Positions 37,201 through 50,000 of a stretch of 64,000 nt of DNA are shown here, in pieces. This DNA is from Takakia lepidozioides (lineage: Eukaryota > Plantae > Bryophyta). The translations under genes were made by a program, and so were the position numbers. Every line of letters begins with the position of its first letter. The stretch's first letter is position 1. Where the stretch lies: positions 82,584,001 to 82,648,000 of the forward strand of contig CM060731.1 of assembly GCA_030704615.1 (NCBI GenBank). The letters run 5' to 3'. Below the pieces are notes generated by a model that did no database searches, was not told the DNA's origin, and worked only from the letters and a program-made list of their open reading frames with translations.

Positions 37201-39710
37201 CAGCCTTAAGTCCCGCAATATCGACTTTGCGAACTCATCCTTCCGATAGGCCTTCCGAATTTTCCTCTGCAACTCCGTCTCGCCCTCGTACACCAACATG
37301 AGCTGTTGCTTTCTATTCAGAGCATCGGCCACCACATTGTCCCGTCTCGGTTTGTACTGGATATCCACGTCGAACACTGCCAAAGTGTCTTGCCACCTAA
37401 TTTGTTTTGGGGACAACTTAGGTTGTGTGGCAAAATACTTCACCGTGATATTGTCCGTGAACACCTTCACCGGGGTGGAATCAACATAGTGGCGCCAAAG
37501 CTCAAGGCAATGCACCACCGCCTTCATTTCTTTCTCATGCGTGGGCCATTGTCGCTCCACTTCAATCAGTTTCTTACTTTCGTAAGCCACTCCATCCTGC
37601 ATCAGCACACCCCCAATGGCAAAGTCTGACGCATCCGTGTGAATTTCGAATGGACGGTCGAACTCCGGGATCTTCAGGACTGGAGCTTCCGCCATCCGCT
37701 GCTTCAACTCGACAAAAGCTTGGCCACAAAAAGTGTTCAATACCCATACCTTGGACTTACACAGACGGTTTGATAGCGGCCTCGCGATCTTGGTGAAATT
37801 TCTCATATACTTTCGGTAATAGGAGGCGAGTCCTAGGAAGGATCACACTCCCGGGACCGAAGTCAGAGGTTCCCAGTCCAAGATTGCCCTCACCTTTCTG
37901 TCATCCATTTTGATCCCATCCTGTGTAGTCACATGCCCTAGGAACTCCACTTTTGTGACCCCAAATTCGGACTTTGAAGTTTTGGCATACAGCTTCCTTT
38001 CCCACAATTTCTGGAACACACTTTTGAGGTGCTCCAGGTGCTCTTCCTTTGTTTTCGAGTATATCAATATGTCACATGATCACAAAATCATCCAACCACT
38101 CTGAAAGAGGCAGTTCATCAAGGTGCTAAAAGTTGCCGGCGCGTTGGTGACCCCAAAAGGCATCACCAAAAATTCGTAGAAGCCATACCTTGTCCTGCAA
38201 GCTGTCTTTTCCTCATATCCTTCCGCTATCCGGATCTGGTGGTAACCCGAGCGTAAATCGATCCGGCTAAAATACTTTGCTCCTGCCAACCGATCGAAGA
38301 GGTCGTCAATCCTTGGCAAAAGGTATCGGTTTTTTATAGTCACCTTATTTAGAGCCCTGTAATCGACACACATCCGCAGCGTCCCATCCTTCTTATCTAC
38401 GAACGGGGCTCCGTAAGGTGACTTGTCGGATGTACCCCTTTGCCATTAGATCCTTGAGCTGGGCCTTCACCTCGACCAACTCTCTGTGGCTCAACCGGTA
38501 GGGCGCCTTGGCAAGCGGCTCCGATCCCGGCATCACCTCTATCTTGTGGTCAACTCCTCTTCGTGGTGGCAAGCCGCTTGGTAAATCCTCCGGCATCACA
38601 TCCTGGTATTTCTTCAGGATCCCCTTGATCCAATCTGGGCTCGGCTCCCTATCGACTTCTCCTACCACTTGTCTCACGTAAAGCAAAAAACTGGGGCTCG
38701 TGTGGCTCCTCCACGACCCACTCCTTTGCTGTCAACAGGTTTATTCGCCCTCCCACTCGGTTGGGCGTTTCCGACACCCGTAAAACTTCGCCACCATTCC
38801 CACACGGTAGCGTGACTATTCTCTTGCGGCCATCTATGACCGCTCCGGATTTGCTCAAAAAGGTCATCCCCAAAATGAGATCCACTCCATCGATCTCGCA
38901 AATGGTGAAGTTCTCACGTCTCTTCCAACTCCCCAGCTGAAGAGGAACATCGAACGTCACCCTCGTCGCCAGTTGCGGTTCTCTTTTGGCAGAACGCACT
39001 TCAATAGAAGCCCCCACATCACTTGTCGGGAGGCCCAGCTTTCGAGCCGTTGCCGGTGTCATGAGGGAGTGCGACGCTCCTGTGTCCACCAACAACGACA
39101 CGTTAGTTCCGGAAATTATCCCGCACACGAACATTAGCTGACTCCCTTTACGCAAAGCTCCCGTCTCCCGATACAACTCACAAGAGTAGTTGCATACCTT
39201 GCAAGTCTTGGCGACCACCGCCTCCACCAAGCAGCTGATGGATTCTTCGGACAGCTTCGTGGTCACCCGAGTCATGTTCAACTGTCGGGGTTTCAGGCAC
39301 TTCTTGGCCATGTGCCCGGGCTCCCCGCAATTAAAGCACACCCCATCAAAGATCGTCTTCTGTCCGCCATGAGCCGACGCACCTGGTTTTCCTTTCGGAG
39401 CACCGGGTGCGCCTTGATGTGCGAAGGACCTCCCTTTGATTTCCATGCGCCATTGTCGCCGCGTGGCCTATCCCACTTCTTTTCCGGTCGGAAGGAGTCA
39501 CCCTCTTGCCGGACCTTCTTGTGGTTCAGCTCCGTACGGCCCTGTCTTTCGCCCCTAAGGACATCCGAGAAGCATTCAGCCCTTTCAATTGCCTCGTTCA
39601 AAGTCTTAGGTGGCCTCTCCTCCAACTTCCGCCTGGCCCACGGGGCGAGTCCCGCCACAAAGATGAAGACCATTTCTGGTTCCGTCATATCCGCGACTTC
39701 GAGCAATAGC
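34214..39710 (-). mobile_element. Older chromovirus (copy 2): 3' LTR 34214-34929 and frameshifted gag-pol, cut in gag by a CACTA element
   Basis: Colinear with copy 1, many frameshifts; homology stops at 39710. Confidence 0.95.
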
Positions 39711-41376
39711 CACTACAAGATATGAGCGTTTTTAGGACTACGGCTTTGGCGGAGTCATAAAAACTGCACTAGGTAGACGACTACATAGCGTTGAAATGCG
39801 TTGCGGTCATAGTTTTATGACTCTGTAGTAATGGATATCACTACATGACTCCGGAAAGTTAGGGAGCATTGATCAAACATTGTTGACCACGATAACAAGG
39901 ATGATTTATATGACTAGTGTGATATGTTTGACTACACGTGGACGACGTTTCATGGAAACTTTTGACTCCATGACTGAAGATGTTTTCACAGCTCTAATTA
40001 TTTGACTACATTGCTACACGTGTCATTTTGAAGGCAAATACACGAATGTATTCATCCATTGGATGAGTTCATCTACAGCATGACATGGCATGTGACTTAT
40101 GACTGCAGATTGTTTCATAACTCCATATATATAAGTCAATCACTACACGTGGCATTTTAAAGGCATTTATATGACTTTATTACTACACGTGGCATTTTGA
40201 AGGTATATACATGAATGGATCCGTCCATTGGATGAACTCATCCATCCATGTTTGCCGAAATCCTATCAGCTTAGTACATGTGTTAGTTTCTTATTGGTTT
40301 GATATAGCTCAAGCTTTGTAGTTACCATAGAGCACTAAGTCGCATTCTTCATCGAGTCTGTAAAGTGAGAGTCTATAGAGGATGCCATTTGGAATGTAGA
40401 GTTTGCAGAGAGGGGGTGTGCGACAATAGGGCTGAACGATGCGTCATGTCTTCAAATGCGATGATTGCAGGATAACATGGTGATCCTAACGCAGGCGACA
40501 ACTGCATCTACTTGAAGGAATTCAGAACACTACCTTCATGGGCATGTATGGAAGCATCGACGATGCAAATGGGAAGGGAGAGTTCGATAGTATGGACAAA
40601 GGTTATCTGGTGTCAGATTGGTAAGTTATAATCGAAACTCTTAAATATCTGCTGCCAAGTCTACATCTCTTCCATTAACAGTTATAACCAATCACCATCA
40701 TGAAGCTACAGGCCCGATGCGAAATCCCAATCGGAATCTGCATCTTCTTCCCTCTTTTTGTCCTTATTTTGCTGTCAATCCCTTCATTCTATCCGGAAGG
40801 TTCCAGAGGAAACTTCACATTTCCCCTCATGATCTTGATTTTGGGAATTCTTTTTTAATGCAATGCTGTTAGGATATGGCCAGCATTGTCGTCATCACAG
40901 GTTGGCCGGTCAAATAAGGGAAGATATTACAAAGGAAAGGTTGAAGCTGGCCGCCAGTATATGTGTTCTCTCTACGAATTGCCAAAGTGGCTTATTTGAT
41001 GAAGGAAGAAGAATGTGCAAGGTCACAATGTCCTAACTAACTTTTAGGTTAGTCTCATCCTAAGTGGGCGCAGTGTTGCTTTTAGTATGGGGCTCTTATC
41101 ACTCAGTACATCATAGCGAAATTGAAGTGCTTATTCTCAGGTAAATTTGTGCATTTTGGCACTCTACAGTGAGCTTCTTTTGTTGTCAGGGTTAAAGGCC
41201 GTGCTGTAATTTGACTTGGGATTGGTGCATGGAATAAATTTTACCACAGACAAGTTGATGGAGGCTGGTGCGGAAATGGTAGAGTCTGATAGAGTCACAT
41301 GTTGATGCGAAAACAACAGACAATCACAAGTTGCGGATTTTCTGCATTGGCTTCACAATGAAGCGGCCCAACCACA

Positions 41377-41573
41377 TTAAACGCACTTGCTATGCACAAT
41401 TTCAACAATGTCAAACAGGTTGTACGAGACTCTTTGACAAAATGATGCAATTCTTAGAAGTTGAATGGTAGACTCTGAAAGAAATTGAACCTCAAGTACA
41501 CCAGCCAATAGTTTTTGGGGATGATGAAGGCAATTATGGTCTCTATTGTCCATTTCTGAGGTGTATATGTGAG

Positions 41574-41604
<31 letters not shown>

Positions 41605-43361
41605 TTTCCATAGAACATGACGGTTGCAATGGTGGTTGCTTGTCAGGAACACTGCAAAACTTTGTATGGCGCAGCCAGTATTTCCATGCAGGTCCTTCAC
41701 CAGTTTTGCGAGATGCAGCCTAATGTAAGTAGTGTTACCATGTCTCGGCTCCTTCACACAAATTGATGACCTCACTTGATGACATTGTGTGATGACCTCA
41801 CTTTGCTGCATATCTATTGTGTGCAGATTTGATCCTTTCTCACTGTCCTCACTGAGCCTAAAAAAAAGCTAAGTTTCTCATCTCTGTTTCCTTGATACTG
41901 CTGTTGCCTATCTCCATTTTGGGTGCCACCTTCATGCAAGCCATATGCAGGGTAGTCATGAACCAGTCTCCACCAGTCTCTTCTTTTCTGACCTGTCTTT
42001 ATCCGCAGATACTTGAGCAAGAGATGGGAGCCAGTCAAGGGTACCACTGCTCTCTTGACCATCTGAGAACACAAGCATGCTGCCACTTTGTTGCTCATCC
42101 TTAGATTTCTCCAAAGTGTGTTCATTTTGCTGCAAGACTTCCTTGCCCATACTTTTTGTCATTGGGGTGGCAAGAGCTTCAGTTGAATCAACTCCTTGTC
42201 TTAGTGTACCATTGCTATCAAGTGGAACATGTGACCACTTTTCATCCTTTGTTTGATAATTTATTTCCTCCAAGTCATTGTCTTTTGATTTGAAGCCAAG
42301 CATGTCTCTTGATGAACTGATCACCATGTCAGTTTCTTTAATGAAGGCATTGAAGTGTTCTTCTATGGTTACTGTAGTACTGACTTGTGATATGTCAGCC
42401 TCTCCGACAATTTATTGCCACCATGGGCACTTCCACCACATCTACTCAATGACCTGAGTTGGTTAAAAAAAACTGATGTAGTAAACAGGTGAGTCCTTCC
42501 AGCACAAGGCGATGCCCTCCACCTAAAAGAGTGGGGCAGCGGCTTCAGTACTCTGCATTTTAAAATACAGATCAAAGGTGAATTTGTCGACAACCTGCCA
42601 CCTCTCCCAAAACTCATCAAATCCACCAGCTATGTCATCTACATTTATTGGCCCTGTAACCAGCTCCCATGTCTTTCAAGTGTTCGTGTCCTGGATTTTG
42701 GCACTGCTCCTTGTCTTTCACATTTTGTTCATCAGAAGTGCTACCTGGCACCTGTAGACCATTGTGGCCAGTGGCATTTACAAAATTCAAGCCACATTCC
42801 ATATCCTGCAGATCATGGCTCTCGATTCCAACACTCTCTTTTGCAAATGTACAACATCCCAACAAATTTTATCTGAAGCCTTTACTATGTCCATTCACTG
42901 TACTGTAAGAGAGACAGTTCTCTATGGCACTGCCTGCTGCTTCAGACAGAAGCCTGCTTGCAGCACAATTGGGAAAAGACAAATCTTTGTCACTGGGAAG
43001 GTTACAGCTTCTTGTTGTGACTGGTGCTGAGAGTTCTGCCCCAACATCAAGGGCAGACAGAGGCTCAACAACTGAGGGAGGCACATGAACACCAAGAGCT
43101 TGTCCCATACATGGGATGCATTTATACGAGCCTGATAATCAAAATTCAGTTTCATTTTTACTGTCTAGCCATCTTGTAACTTCGTTGTTTGGTTGTTCAC
43201 ATTGCTTCAGCATCATGTTTGGCTCAACCTTGGACTCACTCTGACTAAATCGCCCATCTTTCCGTAGTGAAATAGAAGTAGACTCATTGAGGTCGAATGT
43301 CAGTGCTGCATCCATTGCCACGTGTGGAGATGTTTGAAACACCATGGGAGCATTTCCAAAG
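41377..43361 (-). pseudogene. Decayed ORF of the CACTA element, continuous with 55542-55723 once the MULE is removed
   Basis: Empty site reads HERPSTPSFGN|APMVFQTSPH in one frame. Confidence 0.5.
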
Positions 43362-44067
43362 GGGGGGTGCTATTCTGTGAGCCTGGAGGCGTGAGCCTGT
43401 GAGCCCAGGAAACCGTGAGCCCAGCACAGGCTCACGCCACGTCAGCATACATACAGGGCCTATTTCCGCGGGTGTCACCTATTTCCGCGGGTTGATCAGC
43501 CATTTCCCGGGAATGCAGAGTGGATATGTTACATCCATTGTATCCATTGCATCCATGCATACGTTATCAACATACCAAGCCCTCACAAGTTTATGTGGGT
43601 ACGTCGTGAGGAGGTGCACACTGACATGATCTAAAGCGGAACCCTGCGAAATCTTTTCTTACTCACCACCCTTGCGAACATGCCAGGTATGTGCGGGAGC
43701 ATCATGGATGCTCATTAGATTTGAGAATGCCTCACAGCTCTTTGATGAGGTGGACTTCACCGTGATGGATTCACCAACCATTCTTCTAGCAGGAATGGTT
43801 TGGAGACCAACGACCAAATGATGTGGGAATGTTGTACACGAACCAAAGTCGTTTGTTTGTTTTTGCAATGCACTCAAGTCTGTGAGGTCCAGAGAACACT
43901 AAATAGATTGAAGGAACAATCCGGGCAGTCCATGCAACCCCCATCTCCAACAATAGTTTGTTCCCATTAATGTGCATTCCACGCACACATTGCAAACAGG
44001 ACAACAAGGACACACAACCATCCCATTTCAAATTTGGCCCCGAATAAAACCTAAAGAAAACTTCATA

Positions 44068-47000
44068 TCAAGTGTCACAGTCATCAGAATCAGTCTCGAC
44101 CTCCTGTGCTATGTCATCCACAAAGATTCTGGCCCCAGCACCACGTCTTCTACCACGGCCGTCGATGGGTGGACTCCGAGTGCCATGAACGGTCATGCTC
44201 GTTGCGAGTGCCTCCGCATAGACAGGTAGCACGCAAGACCGAGGAGGACTGGAAAGAAGTCCAAATAGGTGTGATAGCCCTGGAGGGCAAGTGGAAGCAC
44301 GCGGACTCCTGCACATGTCGACAAAAACCCATTCAGAACACAATATGCAATACACAAGTCCAAAGAGGATGTCTGCCATGTGAACTTTGCCTCAGGAAGA
44401 GTGATTCTCAATATTGAAACAACAATGCAAGCATCCACAGGTTGAACTTACTCACAGGCAAAGTCGGAGTCCAGCTCCTTGTCGGAAGTCTCCTCTGTAT
44501 CAATATCAGCAGGACGGGGCTTTGGAAGGACTTGAGAAGTGTGTCCACCCAAACCCATCAGGAGGTTCTTGTAAATCTCAGCATCCCCTTCAATCCCAAA
44601 GAGATGTCGGGCACTGGCCTTGCAAGCGTGGTACGAAGCACCGGCAGTGGAATAGAATGAAGGAAGCAGACATTGAAGACACATATGGAACGGTGGGAAG
44701 TACTGAAAGTGCAAGCTCAATCAAACCTCATGAAATCTGAATGTTGAAGAGACGAACCTGTGCCCATTGACAAATCTAGAACTCTGGCGTCTGTGTAGGT
44801 GCAGCACTCCACAATCGTTTGAATGAAAGCCGGGCTCCTCTCCCTCGCCCCTCTCCAATGAACCCCATTCCCCCTTCGCAAGCAGACGTTGTTGTCGACG
44901 TAGTTGTGGTGCATGTCATCCGTTGGAGGATCTGTCCTGTCGTCTATGAACTTGCCCCCATGAGTGATGGCGAACTCCGAAATGCCGGCCGGAGTCGTTG
45001 GTGGATGCACTCGGACGAGACAAACAGCTTCAAACAAACGAGTCTGCGAACAACACATCCAGAAGGAACTAAGAAGCTTCAAAAATCAGGCCCCTACATA
45101 TGAGTTCGAGCGACCTACACAACTCCATCCGAGAACCACCAAGAAGAAGAAGAAGAAGGCAAATTTACCATGTCTCCCGGACGATCCCCCTTTGTAAGGT
45201 ACATGCTGTTCACACAATTCCATGTCTTCAGGACTCTCATGCCCGAGGCTTTCAAATAGCTGGCAAGTGCACGGCGACAGCGAACGTCGGCGGACTGTAT
45301 GAGCACCAAAACACCTGCATCGGACAGGAAAAAATTGCAAAAGGGGAAAACCCACCGCCAGTAGCGCTCATCAAAAGCATTCCAACCCGGACAAGCACCC
45401 GATGGAGGGACATCCGGGACTGCCAACCCATCAGGGATGTCCAAGATTATGAGTTCGGCTGCATATTGCTTCTCTTTCCCGTTCACCCAGGATTTGGTCA
45501 TTTTAGCTTGCAAACAAAATTACAATGGAATTCTCAAGAGGATTGAAACGATCCATGCCCACTGCAGAGAAGAAGCAAAAGAGAACACGCACCGTGCCAA
45601 GGAACTCTACAATCCTCTCCCACACTGGTGATGGCTCGCCCTTGTAATCAGATTTCTTGGACTCCATCATGGCAAGGAATCCGACGTTGGCCATCTCCAA
45701 CCTGGTAGGGCGAATGACCCTCGTCGGATGTTCCACTGCATGGTATGGGTCCTTGGGATCAACCACCCCCTTGTTCTTTCTCACGGATCCCTTACCATGC
45801 GGTGGAGTCTGCTGGACATGCCCCCATTGGGCCAATATCTGCAACACTTCCCTGCCCTTGTGCCACCTTCCCTCTACCCCTTCCTTTCCCCACAACACCA
45901 GCAACATCTTTCTCCTTTGCCTTTCTACCTCTACCCGGGGTATCCTGAGCGGGAGGCTCCTTCTCTGCAAGAGTCCTCAAATTTCGTTCATGAATGTCGA
46001 GGTCGGCTGCTGCGGCAGTGGCTGCAATTCGCTCATTCTCTCTCCTCAAAGACGCCTCCGGAGCTGGGGTCTCAGAAGGTGGGCAATCCAAATACCAACC
46101 ACAAGAAGAAAGATGGTCTGGGCCCAGTCATGCAAGATCCCAGTAGTAAACATGGTCTGATTGCCAGCAGGGACAAGCCAGAGGTCCACGAAATCTGGAT
46201 GTTTGTCCAAACAATTATCTTCCATGAGAACAAACTTTATGTACCTGCAGGAACAAAGACAGCCTCAGTATGCAATGCAATTATTGTCTCTCGGCTTTTC
46301 CATCACACCAGGAAGACCCCCTTAAACTGTATGCGTCACAGTACATTGCAACCACAACACACTAAGTAGCCTGAACGGCCCAGGGTGTGCACATGTAAAG
46401 GCATTGTTTCCAGGCTTCCTCTTTTTCTTGCTGGTCAAGGTCATGTGTTTGACTGATGCCACCCTCCTTGCTGAACTCTCTAAAGAAACAAGAATGCCAC
46501 ACTGTGGCTCTCCATTTCCTCATGTATGCTTCGAAGGAGACCTTCGGTGTTGTCATAGTGATGCCATAGTCAGCCAGCTGAGTATGCAGAACCGACCGTG
46601 CCCTTTCTTCCAACTGCAAAACAATTCAAATGCAAAAATGTACCCAAAAAAAATCACAGCGAATGTGAGAGGCAATGGAAAGAGAAGGACAGGAAAAGAG
46701 AAAAGAAAGTGACACAGGAAAGGACATCACACCTGGCTCCAGTAAGTGGCCTTGTGAAGCCATGTGTCCAGCACATTGTCACTGACTGGAATGACACGCT
46801 GGGTCTTCTTCTCTTTCTCCGGCCTGGGGAACATGTGGGTATCCCTAACTATGGGATCGGAGTTCTATATCTGCAACCACTTCACCTTCTGTTCTGAAGA
46901 CACAACGGCGGTAGACAACCTGTGTAACTTCTCCTGGGCCATCTCTGGCTTGCCTGGCTTGTTATAATGGTTTTTTATCTCCAAGAGAAACTGCGATCCG

Positions 47001-50000
47001 AATGATGGGTCGGCAATTCTCAACTGCTTCACAAAAGCACTCATTATAGTCCTTCTTGTAGCGGTCATCTCTTTTTGGATGTGAGTATCAACCCCCTTTG
47101 TTGTCCTTCTCTCCTCAGGGGTTGACCTGTACTATTCCAGTTTGCCACGCTCCCCTGCATCTGCAATGTCTTGCTGCAAGGAAATGCACGAGAGTTACGT
47201 CAACCCAAGGGCAAGGGAAACAAACAGAAACAAACATGTGGAAGCAGGAATATGGAAAGGGCAGATGAAGGAAGATGTATCTCACCGTGTACATGTACTC
47301 CATGAAAGCCTCACGTGTCAACGAGTACCACGTTTCCGATGTCTTGGAGCTTTCGCACTTCTTGTACGTCTCTGCTGAAAGGATGGTCTTGAAGTTGGTC
47401 AAGGGCATCTGCCCGATCCTTTGTATCCTATACAGTGTGTGAACCAGACTCGTTTTGACATGCGATGTCTCCGTTCCTCTGTAGAATGATATCTGAAAGT
47501 CAGAATGAAATTCAAGGACTTTAATCAAAGAACCACGGAACTACAAGTGGAACATGTAGAATGAGAAACCAACTTGTTCACATCATTCATTGCCGTCAGA
47601 AGACCCATCATGTTCCCCTCACAATCCAGCACCATCGATCGAACAGAGTAATGCCACTCTTCCTCCTGTGAGTGCAGCCTCTCAATAACAGCCATCCATG
47701 CAAGCAATCGGTGGTTCCCAACCCAAACGTGAAACATCTTCCCCGAGAATGCCTGGGTGGAAGGTTTCCTGGAGAGAAGAAGTTCGAAGGATTCGTTCAC
47801 CTGTCTCCAAATAGGATCCCAGGAGTCCACGATTGACTCATCCACAAGGAACTCATTGCTTGTGGAATCCTTTGTACAAACGTAAAACACTGCGGATCCA
47901 TCCAAATACCCATGAACAAACTCGGCCTCTAGCTTGAGAATGTCCTTGATGAGGGGTGGTCGAACGACGGGCATGGAAACCATCCTACACAGGGGAATCT
48001 TCAACCTCCCACCCGGGGCAAGCATACTTTGCACCACAAGCTGAGAGTTTACCTTCTGACCCCCCAGCATCTCAGCGGCTTTGCTTTCATAGAACTCATC
48101 GTCAACATCAACAATGATATCCTTCCCCAGCCCCGAAGGGATCTCCTCCGCCACACTTTGCATCTTCTCCTACAGGGTTGTCCATTCAAATTGATATAAG
48201 AGTGAGGCATGAGACGATGGTGTTTGAGCATGGCAAACAGGCCATGTGTGGAAGAAAAGGTGAGCTCAAACAGTGTGCGTTGACGCACACTGTTTGAGCT
48301 ACAAGGTAAGTGTTCATTGAACCTCAATGAGAAGCCCTTAGTGGCCGATTTTCAGATGGAAAAAAAGAAAAGGTGAGCTCAAACAGTGTGAGTTGACGCA
48401 CACTGTTTGGGCTGCAAGGTAAGTGTTCAGTGAACCTCAGAGACATGCCACATAAGTGTTCATTGAACCTCAGAGACATGCCAGGTAAGTGTTCATTGAA
48501 CCTCAAAGAGAAGCCCTTAGTGGCCGATTTTCAAATGACAAAGGCAATGACAAGGTGAGCTCAAACAGTGTGCGTTGACGCACACTGTTTGAGCTGCCAG
48601 GTAAGTGTTCATTGAACCGCAGACACATGCCTTGTATTGCCGAATTTCACAGGGGAAAAACAGTGACAAGGTGTGCTCAAACAGTGTGCAGCAACGCACA
48701 CTGTTTGAGCTGCCAGGTAAGTGATGATTGATCCTCAAATACAAACCCTATGTGGCCGATTTTCAGATGACAAATGCAATGACATAGTGAGCTCAAACAG
48801 TGTGCGTTGACACACACTGTTTGAGCTGCCAGGTAAGTGATGATTGAACCTCAAATACAAACCCTATGTGGCCGATTTTCAGATGACAAATGCAATGATA
48901 TGGTGAGCTCAAACAGTGTCCGTTGACGCACACTGTCTGAGCTGCCAGGTTAGTGATGATTGAACCTCAAATACAAACCCTATGTGGCCGATTTTCAGAT
49001 GACAAATGCAATGACATGGTGAGCTCAAACAGTGTGCGTTGACGCACACTGTTTGAGCTGCCAGGTTAGTGATGATTGAACCTCAAATACAAACCCTATG
49101 TGGCCGATTTTCAGATGACAAATGCAATGATATGGTGAGCTCAAACAGTGTGCGTTGACGCACACTGTCTGAGCTGCCAGGTAAGTGATGATTGAACCTC
49201 AAATACAAACCCTATGTGGCCGATTTTCAAATGACAAATGCAATGACATGGTGAACTGAAACAGTGTGCGTTGACGCACACTGTTTGAGCTGCCAGGTTA
49301 GTGATGATTGAACCTCAAATACAAACCCTATGTGGCCGATTTTCAGATGACAAATGCAATGACATGGTGAGCTCAAACAGTGTGCGTTGACGCACACTGT
49401 CTGAGCTGCCAGGTAAGTGATGATTTAACCTCAAATACAAACCCTATGTGGCCGATTTTCAAATGACAAATGCAATGATATGGTGAGCTCAAACAGTGTG
49501 CGTTGACGCACACTATCTGAGCTGCTAGGTAAGTGATGATTGAACCTCAAATACAAACCCTATGTGGCCGAATTTCAGATGACAAATGCAATGATATGGT
49601 GAGCTCATACAGTGTGCGTTGACGCACACTGTCTGAGCTGCCAGGTAAGTGGTGATTGAACCTCAAATACAAACCCTATGTGGCCGATTTTCAGATGACA
49701 AATGCAATGACATGGTGAGCTCAAACAGTGTGCGTTGACGCACACTGTTTGAGCTGCCAGGTTATTGATGATTGAACCTCAAATACAAACCCTATGTGGC
49801 CGATTTTCAGATGACAAATGCAATGACATGGTGAGCTCAAACAGTGTGCGTTGATGCACACTGTCTGAGCTGCCAGGTAAGTGATGATTGAACCTCCAAG
49901 ACATGCCCTGTATTGCCGAATTTCACAGGGGAAAAGCAGAGACAAGGTGTGCTCAAACAGTGTGCGGCAACGCACACTGTTTGAGCGCCAGATAAGTGTT

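Noticed and set aside
40400-41350. Captured host gene fragments inside the CACTA element
   Set aside because: No ORF or motif that could be identified
41581-41604. (GA)n microsatellite
   Set aside because: Ordinary simple repeat
44068-48169. Bacterial or phage contamination as source of the ParB-MTase
   Set aside because: Gene has spliceosomal introns and lies inside a TSD-bounded element nested in plant TEs
48835-49880. Tandem C/D-box snoRNAs (GTGATGA ... CTGA)
   Set aside because: CTGA occurs only in a minority variant, lies inside the hairpin stem, and has no convincing terminal stem
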